A stretch of DNA of 64,000 bases from an uncultured Chloroflexota bacterium (GTDB lineage: Bacteria; Chloroflexota; Dehalococcoidia; GIF9; AB-539-J10). The stretch is from the NCBI GenBank assembly GCA_903884455.1, contig CAISEW010000003.1, positions 41,313 through 105,312 on the forward strand. Direction: 5' to 3'. The position numbers and the translations under genes are program-made. Positions 59,101 to 64,000 of this stretch are shown in pieces. How positions within the stretch are numbered: the stretch's first letter is position 1; each line of letters opens with the position of its first letter. Below the pieces are notes generated by a model, which saw only the letters and a program-made list of their open reading frames with translations, searched no databases and had not been told where the DNA came from.

Positions 59101-59918
59101 TGAGTGATGCAATCCAGAGAAGTTTCGAATAGCAGGCGGTATTTCTGTTCAGACTCTTTTAGCTTTTCCTCTGCCTGCTTGGGCTCGGTGATGTCACTGA
59201 CAAAAACCGAGATGCCACCTCGGGAGGGATAAGCGCTGATCTCAAAGATGTAGTGCCTACCATCAATATCCATATCGTTCACAAAAGTCTGAGGCTGCTG
59301 CGTCTTCAGCACGTTATGGTACACCTTTTCCGCCTTTCTCACACCAGGCGTGTCCGGGAAAATTTCCCGGAGGAATTTCCCAATCGCATCCTCCGCCCGA
59401 ATTCCTGTCAGAATTTCCGATGCCTTGTTCCAATAGATATATCTCAGGTGCTTGTCCATGGCGAAAAAGATGTCAGTGATGCTGTCGGCAAGCTCCCTGT
59501 ACTTCTCTCCGCTCTCTTTCAGTGCATCCTCTGCCTGCTTGCGCGCGGTGACTTCCATGTAACTTCCCAGGGTTGCCCGTCTCTCATGGTACCGGACGGA
59601 TTTAACTGCCTCCATAACCCACCTAATGCTACCGTCTTTATGAATCACCCTGAATTGATATGGTGGAATGAGCTCTCCCTTGAGCATCTTTATTTCATTT
59701 TCCCTGACCATCTCCCTATCTTCGGGAACGATAAGCTCCAAAGGATCCTTGCCCATCAATTCATCTGCCGTGTAGCCGGTGGCGATTGGGAAGTTGGAGT
59801 TGACATAGCAAAACTTTCCATCCTGTATAATGCAAACTCCGACTGGCGATTTGTCGCCCATAATCTTGAGCATCTCTTCTTCATCCATTCGCTTGACCGT
59901 TGATTTCATTGATTTCAT
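56184..59918 (-). CDS. Cytoplasmic multi-PAS (about 8 PAS/PAC) sensor histidine kinase
   Basis: 1244 aa with no TM segments. Repeated ERKxxEExLRQSEExYRxLF...TDIT PAS units, then HisKA (GTAHELNNPL) and HATPase_c (DDGPGI...GTGLGL). Confidence 0.9.
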   Translation of the reverse strand: MKSMKSTVKRMDEEEMLKIMGDKSPVGVCIIQDGKFCYVNSNFPIATGYTADELMGKDPLELIVPEDREMVRENEIKMLKGELIPPYQFRVIHKDGSIRWVMEAVKSVRYHERRATLGSYMEVTARKQAEDALKESGEKYRELADSITDIFFAMDKHLRYIYWNKASEILTGIRAEDAIGKFLREIFPDTPGVRKAEKVYHNVLKTQQPQTFVNDMDIDGRHYIFEISAYPSRGGISVFVSDITEPKQAEEKLKESEQKYRLLFETSLDCITQIDREGRYLAANPATARSLGVPLEELIGKTLFEVQPQEVAQYRLGMVRKALDEWQPQIFEDERTGRHFHHIYIPTKISDQKEVVQMIARDITERRQMEEALRQSEEKYRALFDSSVIGMFVMDAETMKVIMANPAAAKMLGFSSAEEAIGLNVFDFVFPEDRGKAFKLTMEDMFEQDLRQLHEIRAVTKDGRTIWISATGARIMHEGKLAGLISFTDITERKQAEEALRQSEERYRTILEEMEDSYFEVDLGGHLTFVNNSVCRDLGYSRKELIGMSYKGFIAEDDIESVFRVFNEVYRTGVPNKGFPWKTSRKDGGHGFAETSVSLLRNDKGEIIGFRGVGRDVTERKQVEEKLQQSRENYRALFDSSVIGALVVDAETMKVVMGNQAAVKMFGFSSAKEGAGINPLDFVPLEDREKNLKLIVKEVFEKDSRKSVDIQAVTKDGREIWLSVTGARIMHKSRLAGLFSFTDITERKKAEEKLRQSEENYKTLFNSSVIGMYVLDAETMQVVIGNRAAAEMAGFSSAGDGIGINPLDFVIPEDRAQILEMATKEFEQDLRRTHEVRVIAKDGGTGWISISSARIMHKGRLAALVSITNITERKKMEEALRQSEENYRALFDSSVIGTVLLDAETMKVVMVNQAALKMFGFSSAGEAFEAKPFDFILPEDREKYLEITKTAVFEQNSHEGYQLRMVTKDGREIWINTTATKIMHKGKLAALISFADITEQKRQNEQLMLADRLASLGELASGTAHELNNPLTSIIGFSQLLLEKEVPDDIHEDLKIIYSEAQRAANVTKNLLAFARKHAPVKQRNQINNIIEDVLELRTYERKVNGIEVERHLAPDLPETMVDYFQMQQVFMNIIINAEYFMTTAHNRGTLTITTKKQNDTVLISIADDGPGIPPENLKRIFDPFFTTKEAGKGTGLGLSICHGIVTEHGGQIYARSQLGKGATIFVELHITGRDHIGDMLKTG
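56925..58830. repeat. Tandem array of ~375-bp PAS-domain-encoding repeats inside the histidine-kinase gene (five units, four nearly co-linear)
   Basis: Nearly identical ~50-nt blocks (aaattaaagc/tgctaatt/ctgcc.ttatgcataatc.tcg) recur at about 56925, 57304, 57678 and 58441. The antisense-frame ORFs in the track share the same N-termini, which betrays the periodicity. Confidence 0.7.
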
Positions 59919-59930
59919 CTGTCACCCCCC

Positions 59931-60149
59931 TTAGCCGCTCCGGCTTATCGCGGTAACGTGGTTGGTCTTTGCTCTAATGGTCTCCACTTGAGCTGCGGTA
60001 AATAGTCTCCACCCCCGCCAGTCCCGGTATTCGACATCGGAAAATATCCCTTCTTTCAACCACCTGAAAAGGGTATTCCTACTGATGCCGACCATCCGGC
60101 AAACCTCGGTCGTTCTGTAATAGGTCCGGTCGTTAATAACAACAGGCAT
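59931..60149 (-). CDS. Small excisionase/MerR-like HTH DNA-binding protein (72 aa)
   Basis: TTEVCRMVGISRNTLFRWLKEG... matches the excisionase-family HTH. Lies 12 bp upstream of and co-oriented with the PAS histidine kinase. Confidence 0.6.
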   Translation of the reverse strand: MPVVINDRTYYRTTEVCRMVGISRNTLFRWLKEGIFSDVEYRDWRGWRLFTAAQVETIRAKTNHVTAISRSG

Positions 60150-60481
60150 ATCTTTTTTCCCTGAAATTACTCAACTATGCCAAACTATACTAATCAATAT
60201 AGGCTTGTGTGTTGGAAAGCGTCAATCACCCATTTGTACCAATTATTCTATTACTTTAGTCCTAGCCTGTTCAGTGACTCCTGTTGGGCAGATACCTGGT
60301 ACAAAGCGCTGACGCTGTTTCTACAATCTTCTATTCCGACTGGCCATCAGTGGAGTGGGGTCGCCACATTTATCATCTCAGACTATAGTGGGACGCGAGA
60401 TGAAATGGGTCGATTTCCCCAACAAGAAGGACCAAAGGAGTAACTTTAAGAAGACCCAACTTCTGGTGAACGACTGCCCGA

Positions 60482-62482
60482 TTATCGTTTCATCCGGGGC
60501 GAAATTAGTTCCTCGTCTTTTCTTAATTCGATAATGCGGTCGCGAATCATAGCAGCTTTTTCAAACTCCAGATTCTTGGCTGCTGATTTCATCTGGGATT
60601 CCAGTTGCTTGATGAGTTGAGCCATTTCTTCCCTGGAAATAGGAGTAACCGCATAAGGAGCCCTTGTCTCGGCTACTGCTCGAACTCTCTCAGTTATATC
60701 TTTAATTGCTTTTCTTATTCCCTGGGGAGTTATGCCGTGCTCCTTGTTGTAAACTTCTTGAACCTCGCGGCGGCGGCCGGTTTCCTCTATAGCCTTCCGC
60801 ATGGATTGAGTAATGGTATCAGCATACATTATGACATGAGCATTTAGGTGTCTGGCAGCACGCCCCATGGTCTGAATGAGCGCTTCCTCAGACCTGAGGT
60901 AGCCTTCCTTATCGGCATCGAGTATGGCTACCAGGCTCACCTCGGGCAGGTCCAAACCCTCACGAAGGAGATTAATGCCCACTACCACATCATAGACGCC
61001 AAGTCGGAGGTCACGGAGAATCTCCACTCGCTCCAAAGTCTCTACCTCCGAATGTAAGTAATGAGTCTTAATCTCCATTTCCCTCAAGTAGTCGCTTAAT
61101 TCCTCTGCCATTCGCTTGGTCAAGGTAGTCACCAAACAACGCTCCCCTTTAGCAACTCTGCTTTTTATTTGATAAATAAGGTCATCAATTTGCCCCTTAA
61201 CTGGCTTGACCTCCACGGTAGGCTCCAGTAAACCAGTGGGGCGGACTAATTGCTCCACTACTTGCTGGCTGCGCTCATATTCATAGGGCTTGGGTGTAGC
61301 AGAGACGTAAATAACCTGGTTGATGTGCTTGTTAAACTCCTCAAAATGCAATGGGCGATTATCCAGGGCTGAAGGGAGGCGAAAGCCATAATCAACCAGT
61401 GTTTGCTTTCGAGAAATATCGCCGTGGTACATGCCCCTTATCTGAGGCAGGGTCATATGGGATTCATCGATGAACAACAGGAAGTCATCAGGAAAGTAAT
61501 CCAGCAAAGTCCAGGGTGTGCTTCCCTGTGCCCGCCGCTGGAGATGTCGGGAGTAATTTTCCACCCCTGTGCAGTACCCCACCTCTTGAAGCATTTCAAT
61601 ATCGTAATTGGTTCGCGCCTCAAGCCTCTGGGCTTCCACTAGCTTTCCCCGGCTCTTTAACTCCTTTAATCTTTCCTCCAGCTCGACTTTAATATCCTCG
61701 ATTGCCGCCAGCAACTTTTCGTGAGAGGTAACAAAGTGCTTTGCGGGGTAAATATCCACTTGATCACTATTAGCCAGCACTTCACCAGTTAGAGGGTCAA
61801 CCTCCACAATGCGCTCAATCTTGTCCCCCCAGAATTCGATTCTGAGGGCTGTTTCCTGATATGCTGGCTGAATTTCCAGGGTATCGCCCCGGATGCGGAA
61901 TTTGCCTCTGGTGAAATCATAGTCATTTCTTTCATATTGCATATCCACCAAATGGTGGACCAGTTTGTCCCGCCTGTAGTGTTTGTCCCTTTCAATAGTA
62001 ATGGCAAAGCCCTGATATTCCTCAGGTGCGCCTAAACTATAAATACAGGAAACCGAAGCGACAATAACTACATCTCGGCGGGTGAAGAGGGACATGGTAG
62101 CGGCATGCCGTAGTTTGTCAATCTCCTCATTTATATCGGTTTCTTTCTCAATATAGAGGTCGGTGCTGGGGATATAAGCCTCCGGCTGATAATAATCATA
62201 GTAGCTGACAAAATACTCCACAGCATTTTCGGGAAGAAATTCCTTGAACTCGGTTGCTAGCTGCGCAGCCAAAGTCTTGTTGTGACAAATAACCAGAGTT
62301 GGCCTCTGTATCCTCTCGATGACGTTAGCCATGGTGAAAGTTTTGCCACTGCCGGTGACTCCAATCAGTGTCTGTTCTTGGTAACCTTTGTTCAAACCCT
62401 CGACCAGTTTGTCTACGGCCTGAGGCTGGTCGCCGGTAAGGCGAAAATCGGAAACTATTTTAAACTGAGTCATCGGGTTCAC
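60482..62482 (-). CDS. uvrB: Excinuclease ABC subunit B
   Basis: Walker A GVTGSGKT, beta-hairpin region, C-terminal UVR domain; 666 aa. Confidence 0.95.
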   Translation of the reverse strand: MNPMTQFKIVSDFRLTGDQPQAVDKLVEGLNKGYQEQTLIGVTGSGKTFTMANVIERIQRPTLVICHNKTLAAQLATEFKEFLPENAVEYFVSYYDYYQPEAYIPSTDLYIEKETDINEEIDKLRHAATMSLFTRRDVVIVASVSCIYSLGAPEEYQGFAITIERDKHYRRDKLVHHLVDMQYERNDYDFTRGKFRIRGDTLEIQPAYQETALRIEFWGDKIERIVEVDPLTGEVLANSDQVDIYPAKHFVTSHEKLLAAIEDIKVELEERLKELKSRGKLVEAQRLEARTNYDIEMLQEVGYCTGVENYSRHLQRRAQGSTPWTLLDYFPDDFLLFIDESHMTLPQIRGMYHGDISRKQTLVDYGFRLPSALDNRPLHFEEFNKHINQVIYVSATPKPYEYERSQQVVEQLVRPTGLLEPTVEVKPVKGQIDDLIYQIKSRVAKGERCLVTTLTKRMAEELSDYLREMEIKTHYLHSEVETLERVEILRDLRLGVYDVVVGINLLREGLDLPEVSLVAILDADKEGYLRSEEALIQTMGRAARHLNAHVIMYADTITQSMRKAIEETGRRREVQEVYNKEHGITPQGIRKAIKDITERVRAVAETRAPYAVTPISREEMAQLIKQLESQMKSAAKNLEFEKAAMIRDRIIELRKDEELISPRMKR

Positions 62483-62652
62483 TCACCACAATAAAAAACA
62501 CCAACTCTTAATATATAAGAAACAACGAAATTTTGCATAAACGAGTGGAGAAGCAGCATTATCTACAAGTGACGTGTCAAATCAAGGTCTTGTTTGGAAC
62601 ATCAAGCCATGTTAAAATTTGGTATCTCGATAAAAGAAAGGAAACTGATGAC

Positions 62653-62895
62653 ATGAAGTCTTATGAGGAACTCGCTAAAGAGCAGGGGATGAGAGAAAGT
62701 AATTTCTTGACCGACTTGGGGGAAATGTCTAGTTTTGAGGCTGATTTGGGTCAGAGGCGGGACGAAATTTTGTTCAAGATAACTACTGAGATGGAGGATA
62801 CTAAAAATGCCCTCACCAATGTTGAGCAACTTGCTCAGAGACTTAGGAAATATCTGGACCGGTTAAGAAATATATATCAAACTCTCTCCAAATAG
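62653..62895 (+). CDS. Small coiled-coil hypothetical protein (about 80 aa)
   Basis: ATG at 62653 with an AAAGGAAA SD. The track ORF from 62533 lacks an SD. Confidence 0.4.
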   Translation: MKSYEELAKEQGMRESNFLTDLGEMSSFEADLGQRRDEILFKITTEMEDTKNALTNVEQLAQRLRKYLDRLRNIYQTLSK

Positions 62896-62923
62896 AGTTA
62901 GGCCGAGATTAGAATACAGCCCA

Positions 62924-64000
62924 ATGCAGTCTGAGTCGGAAACATCGGTTAGACTTCGTTTTGCTCCCAGTCCTACAGGGTATCCACATTTAGGCAACAT
63001 CAGGACTGCTCTATTCAACTGGCTTTTCGCTCGCCACCACGGCGGCAAGTTTATCTTACGAATTGAAGATACTGACATTGCCCGTAAGGTGGAGGGCGCA
63101 GTGGAGGTAATCCTAGATAGCTTACGGTGGCTGGGATTAAACTGGGATGAAGGGCCTTACCTCCAATCACAACGATTGCCCGTTTACCATGAAATTGCCC
63201 ACAGATTGATTGATGAGGGTCATGCATATTTATGCTACTGCTCTCCAGAGCGATTAGAGACGATGCGCCAAGAACAGGCAAAACGTAAGCAGCCACCGAA
63301 ATATGATCGCCGTTGTCGAGATTTAACACAACATGAAAGAACTCGGTTAGAGGCAACAGGTATTACTCCCGTGATTCGCTTTAAAACACCTCTCGAAGGC
63401 GAAACTACTTTCTATGACTTAATTTATGGCCCGGTAACTTTTAAGCATGATACCTTAGACGACTTCGTCCTGCTCAAATCCGATGGTTATCCCACATATC
63501 ACCTGGCTAATGTAGTAGATGACCATTTAATGGCTATCTCACATGTCCTCAGAGCCGAAGAGTGGCTCTCCAGCACTCCCCGCCATGTTTTGCTTTACCA
63601 AGCTCTAAACTGGCAAGCTCCGCAATTTGCTCATTTGCCCATGATTCTGGGACCTGACCGTGCCAAATTGTCCAAAAGGCATGGTGCTACCAATATCAGC
63701 GAATATCAAAAGCAAGGATACCTCCCAGATGCCATGATCAATTTTTTGGCGCTTTTGGGCTGGTCGCTCGATGATCGGACTGAGTTATTATCTCAGGAAG
63801 AATTGATAAAGCACTTCTCTCTGGAAAGGGTAGGCAAAACAGCGGCTATCTTTAATAAAGATAAGCTGGAATGGATGAACGGGGTTTATTTGCGCAAACT
63901 AAGCCCGGGAGAATTTGTCCAGCAAGCCATGCCATTTTTAGATAGAGATTTGCCAGAGTCGGTAGAACGCCCATTGGATAAGAATTACACCAGCCAGGTT
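62924..64000 (+). CDS. gltX: Glutamate--tRNA ligase, N-terminal part (runs off the window; absent from the track because no stop is reached)
   Basis: RFAPSPTGYPHLGNIRTALFNW... class I catalytic domain with KLSKR (KMSKS-type) at about residue 248. Frame is open from 62924 to the window end. Confidence 0.9.
   Translation, partial: MQSESETSVRLRFAPSPTGYPHLGNIRTALFNWLFARHHGGKFILRIEDTDIARKVEGAVEVILDSLRWLGLNWDEGPYLQSQRLPVYHEIAHRLIDEGHAYLCYCSPERLETMRQEQAKRKQPPKYDRRCRDLTQHERTRLEATGITPVIRFKTPLEGETTFYDLIYGPVTFKHDTLDDFVLLKSDGYPTYHLANVVDDHLMAISHVLRAEEWLSSTPRHVLLYQALNWQAPQFAHLPMILGPDRAKLSKRHGATNISEYQKQGYLPDAMINFLALLGWSLDDRTELLSQEELIKHFSLERVGKTAAIFNKDKLEWMNGVYLRKLSPGEFVQQAMPFLDRDLPESVERPLDKNYTSQV

Noticed and set aside
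60177-60443. 88-aa ORF in the gap between the HTH gene and uvrB
   Set aside because: No SD, odd composition, no similarity. It lies in a likely promoter or terminator region. No tRNA-like cloverleaf was seen there either.

Overview
This is a bacterial chromosomal segment, mid-GC, with frequent GTG/TTG start codons and tightly packed, often translationally coupled genes.

Most of the window is housekeeping:
- Start of window: pyrG (3' part), an Fsa/Tal-type aldolase, rho, alaS, ruvX, aroE, sppA, aroC, an aroK-aroB fusion, aspS, tig and clpP.
- Minus strand: efp and pepP, followed by a small OmpR/histidine-kinase pair on the plus strand.
- dnaN, then a large glycogen/glycolysis locus: malQ, a ROK glucokinase, a LacD-family aldolase and pyk on one side; glgP-glgC-glgA-glgB plus a GH57 enzyme on the other.
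- mutL, pcrA/uvrD, an amidase, rnc, a PflX-like radical SAM enzyme and acyP.
- A long minus-strand cluster: DUF362, an MBL hydrolase, pepA, a P-loop kinase, an HD-GYP response regulator, an 8-PAS cytoplasmic histidine kinase and a small HTH protein.
- uvrB and the 5' part of gltX.

Things that stand out:
1. A roughly 4-kb low-GC islet sits in the 3' end of dnaN. It is bounded by an imperfect 25-bp direct repeat that duplicates the dnaN terminus. It carries an HNH-nuclease gene, an HEPN-like (Rx4H) gene, two further orphan genes (one behind a consensus promoter with twin palindromic operators) and two decayed relics of large serine-recombinase genes. I read it as a degraded integrative element carrying a candidate defence or toxin module.
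2. A perfect-consensus sigma70 promoter on the minus strand drives a roughly 165-nt highly structured RNA. It ends in a strong intrinsic terminator about 80 nt upstream of pepP-efp, and an alternative hairpin overlaps the terminator stem. I read it as a candidate attenuator/riboswitch or stand-alone sRNA.
3. A dispersed short repeat family (GTCATTGCGAG ... CGAAGCAATCTC) has two intergenic copies and one in-frame copy inside the aroK-aroB coding sequence; weaker relatives lie upstream of alaS and inside ruvX.
4. The 8-PAS kinase contains near-identical tandem PAS-encoding DNA repeats.
5. Several short ORFs absent from the track are plausible.

I saw no rRNA, tRNA or CRISPR array.
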